Of a stretch of 64,000 nucleotides of DNA, positions 28,639 through 39,205 are shown one piece after another. The notes below the pieces were generated by a model. That model was not told the origin of the DNA and did not search any database. It saw nothing but the letters and a program-made list of their open reading frames with translations. The first letter of the stretch is position 1. Every line of letters begins with the position of its first letter. A program made the position numbers and the translations under genes. Origin of the DNA: Scenedesmus sp. PABB004 (taxonomy: Eukaryota); contig JABVCE010000011.1 in NCBI GenBank assembly GCA_014905635.1, positions 558,001-622,000 on the forward strand, read 5' to 3'.

Positions 28639-31600
28639 TCACCGCCGCTCCGCAACGCGCGCGGCAGCCGGCTCCCGCCCGCGCGGCGACGGCGGTGCCT
28701 TGGGGGCGCCCGCACTGGCGGGCCCGTCGCCGCCGGCGCTGATGTCGACGCCGCTGCTGGGCGGCTCCGCGCTCCCGGCGCTGCGCAGCTCGTACGCGGC
28801 GCTGCTGCCGGGGCTGCTCAGCACGCGCGAGCTCGCCGGCGCGCTGGGCACCGCGCTGAGCGCGGCCGAGCTGAGCTGGCCGCTGCCCGCCAGCGCGCCG
28901 GGCGCAGGCGGGTCCAAGCTCTTGAAGCTACCGTCCCGCGCGACGGCGATCTGCAGGCTGCCACGCAGCGAGCCTGCGCCCGCGTGCCCCGCGCCTGGGC
29001 CGGCGCCCGCGCCGCCGGCGAGCGCGGCCGCGCCGAGCGACGAACCCGCGCTGACCATGCCCGCCGGGCAGCCGCGCCCCGCCGGCGCCGCCGCGCCCGC
29101 CGGGCCGCTGCCGTCGCTGCCGCTCACAGCGCTGGCCACCGCCACCGACGCCTCCGGCGTGCCCAGCCAGCCGCCGGGCGGGGCCGCCTGAGGGTCGGCG
29201 AGGTCAGAAAAGTCGTATGCCAGGGCAAAGGGTGACGCTCGCGCGCCGACGGGGCTGCCCACGCCGCCCAGGCCGGCCAGGGCCGCCGCCCCGCTGGTGC
29301 CGCCGGGCCCGCCCGGCTGCGGCGCCTGCTCCGCGATAGGCGGCGGCTGCGACAGCGCGCTGCGCTGCCTGCCGCTGCCGCCGCCGCCGCCGCTGCTGCC
29401 GTGGCGCAGCACACGGCCGTGCGCGGCGGCTGCGGCGGCCGCGGCCGCCGCCGCGCCCGCCCCCACGCCCGCCGCGGCGGCGGCGCCCGGCGGAGCGGGC
29501 TCGCCGCCGTCGTCGTCGTCGCCCTGCTCCCAGCGCACTGCGCTCGTGACCGAGTCGCCCAGCTCCTTCAGCGCCGGACGCAGCTGGTCGTAGCTGTCGC
29601 CCGCGGCCGCGGGCGCCGCGTCGGCGCCGGCGCGCGCGCCCTCCTCGGCGCCGCCGGCCGCGGCGCTGCAGCCCGCCGGCGCCGCGCCGGCGGCCGCGGG
29701 GTCCTGGGGCTCCGGCAGCAGGTAGCGCTTCTTGCCGCCCTGCCGGCGGCGGCGGCTGGGCTGGCTGCTGTCGGGCGTGGTCGAGCCACTGCCCTGCTTC
29801 TGCGCCGCCGCCGGGGCGGGGTGGCGCCTGCGGTGCAGGCGCAGCAGCGCGTACACGACGCCGCCGACCGCCGCCCCAAACGCGGCCGCCATGCCGATCG
29901 CGATCCCGGCGACGCGGCCCGGCGTCCAGTAGGTCGCGCCGCCGTGCTCCCGCGCGGGCTGCGCGCGCGGGCAGGCGCGGGCGTGCGGTGAGGGCGCGCG
30001 TGCGCGTGCGGCGGGGGAGCAGCGCGCCGTGCGGCCGCGCCGGCGGCGCCGCCGGCGCCGGCGGCGGCGCACCGCGTCGACCAGAATCTCGGGCGTGCGC
30101 AGCCACTTGATGAGAGCATACTCGCCCAGCTTGGCCGCCGCGCCCGACGCGAGCAGGCCCGCCTGCACCGCCGCGGGCTGCGCGAGCCACGCCGCGAGCG
30201 CGTGGTCGACGCCCGCGCTCGCCTGCGCGTCGGTCACGCCGACCGCGAGCCGGATGCTCAGGGAGACCTGCGCGGCGCGGCGGCGCGGGGGGGGGCGGGC
30301 GGGGGCTCGGCGCCAGGGCTTGGCGGGCGGCCGCGCGGCGGCGGCGGCGGCGGCGCGGCGGGGTTGGGGCGCCCCCTAAACCCCAGGCGTCGGCCGCACC
30401 ATGGGCTTTGCGGCGACGCGCTGGGTGTAGGCGGTGTCGTTGATGCGGAGCCCCGCGGCCTGCAGCCCCTGCTGCGTCGCGACGCCGCAGGGCGTGCCCG
30501 TGACGTCGGCCCCGACCGCCCAGCCGCCGCCGCCGCACGAGGCGTTGAGCGCGCCGAGCAGCGCCGAGACGTTGCCGGGCACGAGCTGGGTGAAGACGAC
30601 CCACACGGGCGTGAGGCCCTGCAGCGTGCCCGCGCGCGCGCCCGGCGGCGCCTGCAGCAGGCGCCGCGGCGCGCCCTTGCCCTGCGCGGCGCCGGCGCCG
30701 CCGCCGCCGCCGCTGCTGGTGCGTGTGAGGTTGCGCTCGGTCACGTTTGAGGTGCCGCTCGCGTTCCACCTGGCCGGCGGCAGGCCGTAGTCGGGCGCCT
30801 CAAAGAGCACTGGGAGAACGGGGCGGCCCCGCGCGCAAAGACGCAGCGTCAGCGGCGGCGGCGGCGGCGCGGCCTCGTCGGCGGCGCGCCGCACCGCGTG
30901 CTACTCGCCCGCGCCCGCGCGCCCGCGCGCCCGCGCAGCGCCGCCCCGCGGCGCGCCGCACCGGTGATGAGCTGCGGGTCGTAGCCGCCCGCCGCCTGCG
31001 CCGCGACGCGGCGGATGACGGCGCTCACCGTCGCGTCCCAGTAGCCCGCATGCTTGGGCACCCAGACCAGCAGGTCGCGCGGGAGGATGCCGTCAAACGC
31101 AAAGCCCAGCGTCACCTGGCCGCAGCGGCGGCGCGGCGGCGGCGCGGCGGCGGCGCGGCGCACGGCTGGGCGGGGGGCGCGGGCGCGCCGCCGCGCGCGG
31201 CGCGGCGCGCGGCGCGGCGCCCGTTGGCGGCTAGGCGTGCGCGGCGCGCGCACGTTGGCGGTCGCGTTGACGACGACCTGCCCCGGCTGCATCTGGGCGA
31301 TGGAGCTGACTGCCTCGGTCCAGCCGCGCACCGCGGCCTCGGTAAGGAGCTCTGGCGACGAAAAGTTGCTGACCGACCACGCCGTGACCACCCAGCGCGT
31401 GACCTGCGCGGCCGCGGGCGCGCGCGTCGCGGGCGGGCGCGCGCGTCGCGGCCGGCCGCGCGGGCGGCGGCCGCGGCCGCGTCCAGCGCCCGCAGCTGGC
31501 GCGCCTGCAGCCCCGGCGTGGGCGGCGCCGTCGTGGGCTCGACAAACGTGGTGTGGTTGGTCGTGTACACGTAACTCACACGGGGCACCGCCGCGAGGCT

Positions 31601-31750
31601 GTCGGCGGCGCCCGGGTCGGCCGGCGCCTGCAGCAGCGCTCGCGCGGCGGCGGCCGGCCGCCCGGCGGCGGCACCGCGCGGCGCCGCCGCAGCGACGCCC
31701 CTGCTCGCCAGCAGCAGTGCTACCAGCAGCTGGAGCCGTGCCGCGGCCAT
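28639..31750 (-). CDS. Type I single-pass membrane glycoprotein with signal peptide, ectodomain and long low-complexity cytoplasmic tail
   Basis: Signal peptide 'MAAARLQLLVALLLASRGVAAA'; several N-x-S/T sequons; 'RRLLQ' motif; TM 'VAGIAIGMAAAFGAAVGGVVYALL' followed by 'RLHRRRH'; Ser/Ala/Gly-rich tail. Confidence 0.7.
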
Positions 31751-33081
31751 GGGCGCGGCGGCGGCTCAACCAACGCCGCCGCTGCTGCCGCCGCTGCCGG
31801 CTAGCGGCTAGCAGACCACATGCGGTCTGCGCGGCCGCGGGGCCGGCCGAGGAGACGCGGGGACGGCGGTCTGCGCGGCCTGGCGCACCCTGGCGCGATG
31901 TCACCGCGCGCCGAGCAGCGGCGGCGGCTGCGCACTTTTGCTGCCGCGGCGCGCCAGCCCGAGCGCGGAGGACAAACTAAGAGCGGGCTGGAAGACCGCC
32001 ATCGACTGCTGGCCCGCGTGAGAGTCAACTCAACTCCCTGGGGTGTGTTACTGGGGTCTGGGTCTGGGGTCTCGGGCGCAGGGCGCAGCGGACGGGCGCG
32101 GGCAGCGCGCCGCACATTGTCGTACGTAAAGCAGTGCGCGCGAGTAGAATTCAAGAGAGATATAAAGAGCTTTATATAGATGGCAGATTGGATCCATTTG
32201 ATCAGCGACAGAGCCAGCGCGCGCAGGGTGCGGCGCCCACACACCGACAGAGCTCGCTGCAGGCGCGCGCGCGACTGTGGCCCTGCCAGGCATTCGGTGG
32301 CGTCAGGCATTCGGTGGCGGCGCCAATCATTCAGGCCAAGCACGCACCTGGGCGTGCATGGGGCCGCTGACTCATGACAGGCCCCCGGCTGGCGTGGCTC
32401 CGCCCAATTGTCAGACAGGCAGCCGGACATCATACACACATGACAACCTAACGACAATCACAGCGCCAACGCGCGCGCGGCAGCCGTCGGCGGCAGCGGC
32501 GGATCAACGGGAACGCCCCTGAAAACCTATCAAGCTGAAAGCAGTTTCTTGAAAGACCGAGGCACCGCCGCGGGTGCCGCAAGGCGCGGCCCCGCGCGCC
32601 TTTACGGACCCACGCCCTCAGCGCGCGTGCCTCCGCACTCCAAGGGCGGCGAGTCACTTGGTGCGCTCAATTGTGGTCAGTGCTTCCATGCTGTGACGCC
32701 CGCCGAGCCGTTCAAAGGGCTCAGGCGTGCGGCGACGCAGCGCAGTGCTCGGTGCGGCGCAGCGCACGCGATGAAACCACGCTCGACAGAGCGCGCGTCC
32801 CCCCAAATTGGGCGTGCACACACGCACCCGCGCGGCGCTCGGCCGGGCCCGGCCACCCGCGCGGCGCTCGGCCGGGCCCGGCCACACGCGCCCGTCCGAC
32901 GAAGTGATGCGACTAAGGCAGTGCATGCTAACAGAAATGGTTTTTTCTCTGTACAACTGGTCGCCGCACATTGGTTTAGCTACGTGCGCGACGGAGGGCG
33001 CGCAGGGAGCGCCGACGCCGCCTGCACGGCCGCAGGGCGCATGCGCGCCGCTCGGCCCGCTCTCGGCCGCGCGCGCCCGCC

Positions 33082-34188
33082 TCAGCACGCCGCGGCCTGC
33101 GCGCTGCGCTGCTTGATCAGCGCGCGCAGCCGGGCGCGCATGCTCTTGGAGCTGGCCTGCGCCAGCAGCGCGCTCAGGCTGTCCACCATCATTCGGTCGC
33201 GGCACGGCGCGGCACCGCCGTCGGCGCTGCCGGCGCTCGCGCCGTCGTCCGCCGCGCTGCAGTCGTCGCTGGCCGCGGGGCGCTGGCGCTTGGCCGGGCG
33301 CTGCGGCGCTGGCGGCGTGGCGGCGCCGCCTGCCGGCCCGTCGCTGTCGGGCGTCGCGGGCGCCGCGGGCGCCGCCGCCGTGGCGGCGCCGCCCTCCACG
33401 CCGAGCGCCAGCTCTCGCTCAAACAGGTCGTCCGGGAGCAGCAGGCCGTCGGCCGCGAGCGCGCGCGTGAAGGCGTGGTCGACGGCAGCGAGCGCGCTCC
33501 AGTCGCCCGGGCACGCGGCGCTCTCCGGCAGCGCAGACTGCTGGCCCAGCAGCTCGCTGAGCTGCGCGCCGTCGAGCAAGCGGGCGGGCTCCGGCGTGCC
33601 GCGCGGCGCGCTCGGCAGCGACGCCGCGGGGTCGCAGCCCCTGCGGGCCAGCCCGCCGAGCCCGCCATGCGCGGCGCCGGCGTAGGCCCCCGGGCCGGGC
33701 GTCAGCAGCTCGCCCAGCGGGGGCCCCGGCGTCGCAGACGCAGCGCCCACAGCCGCCCAGGCATACGCGGGCGCTGCGTGGCCGTAGTGCGCGCCGAGCG
33801 CGCTGCCCGGCGCCAGCGCCGCCGCGTCCGGGGCGGCGGCTGCGCACGCCCAGCTCGCCGGCTGCCGCTCGTGGTGCGCGCCGAGTGCTGCCAGCGCGCT
33901 CACCGCGCCCAGGCAGCCCAGAAGGGCGTCCTGCGCCTGGTCCGCCGCGCGGCGCAGCTCGTCCACGCTGCGGGCGCACGCCGCGGTCGCCTCCCGCACC
34001 GCCACCTCCGCCGCCGACCACGCGCCGAGCTGCTGCTTGGGCTGGACCAGCAGCAGCCGCTGCTCCATGAGCGCCAGCTGGGATCGGAGCGCCCGGTTTT
34101 CCGCCGCCAGCTGCGCGGCCTGAGCAGCAGTCGACGCGCCGGCCAGCTCGAGCTCCCCGCCCCACGCGCTGGCCGGCCACGACTGCAT
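33082..34188 (-). CDS. Hypothetical protein with N-terminal coiled coil
   Basis: Open frame from ATG 34188: 'AQLAAENRALRSQLALMEQRLL...SVDELRRAADQAQDALL'; C-terminal helix 'VDSLSALLAQASSKSMRARLRALIKQ'. Start uncertain. Confidence 0.45.
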   Translation of the reverse strand: MQSWPASAWGGELELAGASTAAQAAQLAAENRALRSQLALMEQRLLLVQPKQQLGAWSAAEVAVREATAACARSVDELRRAADQAQDALLGCLGAVSALAALGAHHERQPASWACAAAAPDAAALAPGSALGAHYGHAAPAYAWAAVGAASATPGPPLGELLTPGPGAYAGAAHGGLGGLARRGCDPAASLPSAPRGTPEPARLLDGAQLSELLGQQSALPESAACPGDWSALAAVDHAFTRALAADGLLLPDDLFERELALGVEGGAATAAAPAAPATPDSDGPAGGAATPPAPQRPAKRQRPAASDDCSAADDGASAGSADGGAAPCRDRMMVDSLSALLAQASSKSMRARLRALIKQRSAQAAAC

Positions 34189-34985
34189 GTTAAGCGTTAA
34201 ACGACCTGGGAGCCTACGAGTCACCTGGACGGCGCGGGGCGCACGGTGGGCGTCAGGCGGCGCGCCGCGCGCCTTCCGCGCTCTTCTAGCTCTGCTTTTG
34301 CCCGTGAAAAGCGGCCGCCGCGGCGGCCGCGGCACGTGATGCTGCTACCGGGGGTCCCCAAACACGACCTCTCACCAGATCACGCGCGGCTGCACCGGAT
34401 CGAGCGGCCGGTGTCACCGAGCGGGGGCGGTCGCGCCCTGTACTGTGTGCGCGGTGGCGCCGCTCCGGCCACGGACGCGTGAGAGAGGCTGGCTACGAGC
34501 GTGTGGCGGCTCGCCAGGCCCGCCCGTGCGGGGACAGGACGCTGGGACCGCGGCAAGCGCCCGTAGGGTTCGCCGCGCCCGCCCGCCGACCCCGCCGCCC
34601 ACGTGCTTGACTGATCGCAGCACCGGCGATCGCTCGGGGCGCCGCGCAGATTGGGCGGCGGCGGAATCAGCGCGCACAGCCGCCGTCACCATTACGGCGC
34701 GCGCGGCGAAGTGCCGCCGCGAACGCTGGCTGCCGCGCAGTGCAGGCCTGGGCAGTGGGCGCCGCGCCGATCGCGCTCTCCTAGGATTGGTCTCATTACC
34801 GGCGGCGGCTCGGCATGCCGCGGCTCGGCGTTCATCCCGACCGCGCTGATACTCTCGCACAGCAGCGCAGCGCCGGGACCGCATGCGCCGGCGCCGCTGC
34901 ACACCTGGCCACCAGTTTTAAAAAGGGGAGGGCGTCAATGCGATGTGGTTTGAAACGGGAAAGAATGTTTTCGACCGGCCGCCGC

Positions 34986-37900
34986 TCACGGCGCGGGCGC
35001 GCAGGTGCCCTCCAAGGCCGACCAGACGCCGCCGGCCTCGCAGGAGGAGACCGGCGTGCCAACAAACCCGGGCTCGCAGTCGACGTTGCACACGCCGCCG
35101 ACGGACGTGACGCCGGTGCTGCAGCTGCCAATCCAGGTGCCGTTGGCAGGCGGCGGCGGCAGCTTGGAGCTGAGGCAGCCTGCGGCGGCGGCGGCGGCGG
35201 CGCAGTCAGGCGCGAGGGGCGGCGCCGGGCTGCGCGGCAGGCGGCCTGGCGGGCGCGGCGCGGCCGCGGCGTTGCGCCGCCCACCTGCGGTGCAGCCGCC
35301 GACAACCTCGCCCCAGATGCCGCCGGCCTCGCACAGCGCGGCAGGCTTGCCGAAGAATCCGGCGTTGCAGGTGGCGGTGCAGTTGGCGCCGACGGCGGTG
35401 CTCGCTCCGCACGCAAACGTGCCGTTGCCGACCTTCCCGGGGCTGCCAGGGCAGGCTGCGCGCGGAGGAGGAGGAGGAGAGGAGGCGGGGGCACAGCAGC
35501 ACAGCAGCAGGCACGTCAAGCGGTGCACGTGCCCGCGTGCGCTCAGCCCGCAGCCTGCGCGCGGCACGCATGCCGCGCCGCGCCGCGCCGCGCCGCGCCG
35601 CGCACGCACTTGAGACCGCCTTGACGCACTTGCCCACGAGCTGGCCCCACTTGCCGTCCGAGCCGCAGCGCGACCAGGGCCCGGTGGCGTTGTAGCTCAG
35701 GTCGTCGGTGCTGTCGAACACAAAGCCCGCCGCGCAGGCCGCCGAGCACTCGCCCGCGACGGGCGTGCTCGCGCCGCAGCTGAACGCGCCGTTCTCGGGG
35801 TTGGGGGGGCTGCCGGTGCACGCTGCGCGTGGGGGGGGGGGGGGAGGAGCGGCGGTTCAGCGGCAGGGCGCGGGCGCGCGGTGGGTGGGTGGTGGTGTGT
35901 GTGTGTGGGGGGGGGGGGGGCAGGGTTGGCGCGGCGGCTCGGCGCCCGCCCGCCCGCCTCACCAGTGGTGGACGAGACGCAGGTGCCCGTCACCGCGCCC
36001 CACTTGCTGTCCGCGCCGCACGTGGCCTTCGGCGAGCCAGAGAAGCCGGGCTTGCAGCTGGCCACGCACTCCAGGTTGGCCTGCGTGAAGGGGCCGCACT
36101 CAAAGTCGCCGTTGGCAGGCTTTGGCGGGTTGCCCGTGCAGCCTGCGCGCGAGGCGGCAGGCGGCCGTCAGGGCCGCGTGCAGCGTCAGCGCCGCGAGCG
36201 CCCCTCGCGTGCAGGCCGCGCGGCCCGGGGCCGCGAGCGCCAGCACTGGCGGGGCGCCTCCCGTGCGCGCGGGGCGGCGGCGCGCACACGCACCTGGCGG
36301 CAGCTTCACGCATTCGCCCGAGACGTCCGCAAACTTGTCCGGGCCGGTGCAGACGGTGAAGGGGACGCCGGTGTAGCCGTTGTCGCACTTGGCGGAGCAC
36401 ACGGTGCCGGTGCGGACGTCCTTGCAGGTGGTCTCCCAGCGCGAGTTGGGGGGCGCCGCCGGCAGCTCGCCGCTGACGCAGCCCTCGACGCACTCGCCCA
36501 CCACGCCGCTCCACTCGCCGGCGCGGCACTCAATCAGCGGCGTGCCCACCGGGTCGCCGAAGAACGACCTGCGCGGCGCGGCGGCGGCGCGGGCAGGGGT
36601 CAGGCGGGCCTGCCTGCCGGCGCGCTCCGCGCAGCGCGCCCGGCCGGGACGGCGGCGCCTGCTCACGGGTTGCAGGTGCCGTTGCAGTTGCTGCCGTGCG
36701 GGGTCGACGCGCCGCAGTTGAACACGCCATTCTTGAGGGCGGGCGGCGCATCCGTGCAGGCTGCGGCGGGCAGCTGCGGTGAGCGCGGGCTGCAGCGCGC
36801 CGCGCGCCGCGGACGCCGCTGCGGCCCGGGCATGCGGTCGCGCGCGCGCGCGCGCCGCCTCACGTGCGGTGGACAGACGGCAGGTGCCCTTCAGGCTGCT
36901 GGCCACCCACGCGCCGTCGGTGCCGCAGGTGATGGTGGGCCCGCCGACAAAGCCGAAGCCACACTCCGCCTTGCAGGTCCCGCCCGACGCCACGTTGTTG
37001 CACTGAGCCAGCGGCCAGGTGCTGTTGCCCGGCGCCTCCGGCAGCTCCTGGGCGTTGCAGCCTGCGTGCGTGGCGGCGGCGCACGCAGCGGCCGCTCAGC
37101 TTGGGGCGGCCGCGCGCGAGAGAGAGAGCGCGCGAGAGCAGTCATATGGCTGCTCAGGGGATGCATCCCCTGTCACGCTGCGCTCGCCGCACCGCGGACG
37201 CAGTTGCCCTTGACGGGGCCCCAGGTGCCGTCGGCCTGGCAGACAGAGGTGGGCGTGCCGACGGCGTTCTCGTTGCACGCGGCGGTGCAGTTTGCGCCGA
37301 TCGCCGAGCTCGCGGCGCACGAGAAGTTGCCGTTTGCCGGCTGGGGCGGGTTGCCGGCGCAGACTGCGAACGCGGCGTCCGGGCGGCGTCGGCGACGCGC
37401 GGCAGCGGCGTCTGCTGAGCATGCGCCGCGCACGCCTCGCGCGGCGCGGCGCGCCCACATGTGATTTCGCAGTTGCCCACCACCGGCGACCACGTGCCGC
37501 CGGTGCAGGCCGTGAAGAACTGTCCCGCGCCGTTGCCCGCGCAGTTGGCCGTGCAGGTGCCGCCGATGGGGGTGTAGCGGCAGGTGCTCGGCCATGAGTT
37601 GCCGGCGGGCGGGTCGGGGATCGCCCCAAACAGGCACACTGCGGCGGCGAAGGCGGTCGCAGGTGCGGCAGGCGCGGCGGCGGCGGCGGCGGCGGCGGCT
37701 TGGGCGGCGGCGGCGGGGCGGCCGCGGCGCCGGGGAGTCCTCCGCCCGCCGCGCCGGCGCTCACCCCACTGCGTCCACATCTCTTCGTTGAAGGGGCGCA
37801 CGCTGGGCGTGCCCTGGAAGGGCTTGACGCCGTAGCAGACGCCCCACGCGGCGCCCTCGGGCGTGGTGGTCGTCTGCACCCCCGCCTCCACGCCCTTGGT

Positions 37901-38704
37901 CGCGGAGCAGTTGCCGCCCGGGTAGGCGAGCACCGGGAGGCCCTCGGGGCTCAGGTCGGCGGTGTAGCCCCAGGTGCACCAGTCGGCGCCGGCGCTGAGC
38001 GCGCCCTTCATCTGCTCGACGGTCGCGAGCACCGTGCCGGCGGTGACGTTGCGGCACGCGTCGGCCGCCTCGGCCATGCTCTCAAAGCGCGTGGTCAGGG
38101 CGTAGACCTCGGGGATGTTGGACGAGGCGGCCGCTGCGCGCGGAGCGGCGTGGGCGACGCGCGGCCGGCTGCCGCTGGCCGGGCCCGGCGGTGCGCGGCC
38201 AGGCGCGCTGCGCGCTGCGCGCCGCGTGCTGCGCACCCGTGCGGCACTTCTTCGCGGCGGCGGAGAATACGTAGCCCCGCTTGCAGGTGCACTTGCGGTT
38301 CTTGCCCGTCCCGAGCACGACCGAGTGCGCGGGGCAGCAGTCCCGGGTCTTGGGCACGAGCGCGGTGTCCTTGTTGCACACGCACTTGCCGCCCTTCTTC
38401 TTCGCGTTCAGGCCGCAGCCCTTCGGCTGGGCTGCGGGCGGGCAGCGCGGCGCGCCGGCGGGTCGGCGCCGGGCTGCCCGGCTCGCGCGCTCGCTCGCTC
38501 ACAGCAGCGTGGACCGCGGGCGCGCCGCGCCGGCGGCGACGGGGCAGGCGGCACTGCCCCAGCCCCCGCCGGTCGCCGGCGGGCTGCACCGCGCCGCAGC
38601 CTGGCGCTGCCGCCGCGGCCCACGCACGCACCCGCTGCGCCGCCCAGAGCCAGCAGAAGCAGCAGCGCGCCCGTCAGCAGCAGCTTCGGGGCGCGGGGCG
38701 CCAT
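34986..38704 (-). CDS. Secreted Cys-rich protein: signal peptide, EGF-like Cys region, Link (Xlink)-like module and nine 6-Cys sushi/CCP-like repeats
   Basis: Signal 'MAPRAPKLLLTGALLLLLALGGAA'. Link-like exon 38133-37765 'EAADAC...LATVEQMKGALSAGADWCTWGY...YP..C...VCYGVKP'. Repeats of pattern C..PP.P.NG.F.C.....G..C.A.C..GF.G.P...C...G.W....G.C; no TM segment. Confidence 0.8.
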
Positions 38705-38873
38705 GGCCGCGGAGGGGCCGGCCGCGAGGCGCGTGCAGCCGGCGGGCGCTGTCTGCGGGCGCTGTCTGCCGCACTGTGTTTGTTCGGCGACGCGCCGGAG
38801 CACCGGCCGGCTGCGGGTGTGTTGGGGCCGGCGCGTGAGCGGCGCGAGCGGCGCGAGCGGCGGAGCGCAGGAA

Positions 38874-39040
38874 GGTGACTTCCGCGGGTGAGTCAGCCCC
38901 TCGCGCAGCACAGCCCGCCAATGGCGGACCTTACGAGCTGAACGGCTTGTACATTGGCGTAGCTAGCTCAGTCGCGGCCCGGCAGGCGGATCCGAGCGCT
39001 GTGCGGCGATTTCGGGCTGACTCACCCGCGGGAAGCCACC
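38874..39040. promoter_or_regulatory. Dyad-symmetric element in a ~500-bp bidirectional promoter
   Basis: 18-bp perfect inverted repeat ccgcgggtgagtcagccc (38882-38899) / gggctgactcacccgcgg (39014-39031), extendable to ~26 bp, with TGA(G/C)TCA in each arm; inner inverted pair cgccaatg (38916-38923) / cattggcg (38952-38959). Confidence 0.6.
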
Positions 39041-39205
39041 GCGCATGACGCCGACCGCGGCCCGCCCCGCCGGCCAGAACGGCGTCTACGACGCCGCTCC
39101 CGGGAACTTCCGGCACCCCGCGCCGCCCCCCCCCCCGACGCGCACCGCCGCCCGCCCATGCTCGCGGCCTGAGCCCGGGCACCGCAGGACAGTACGCAGG
39201 CGACG

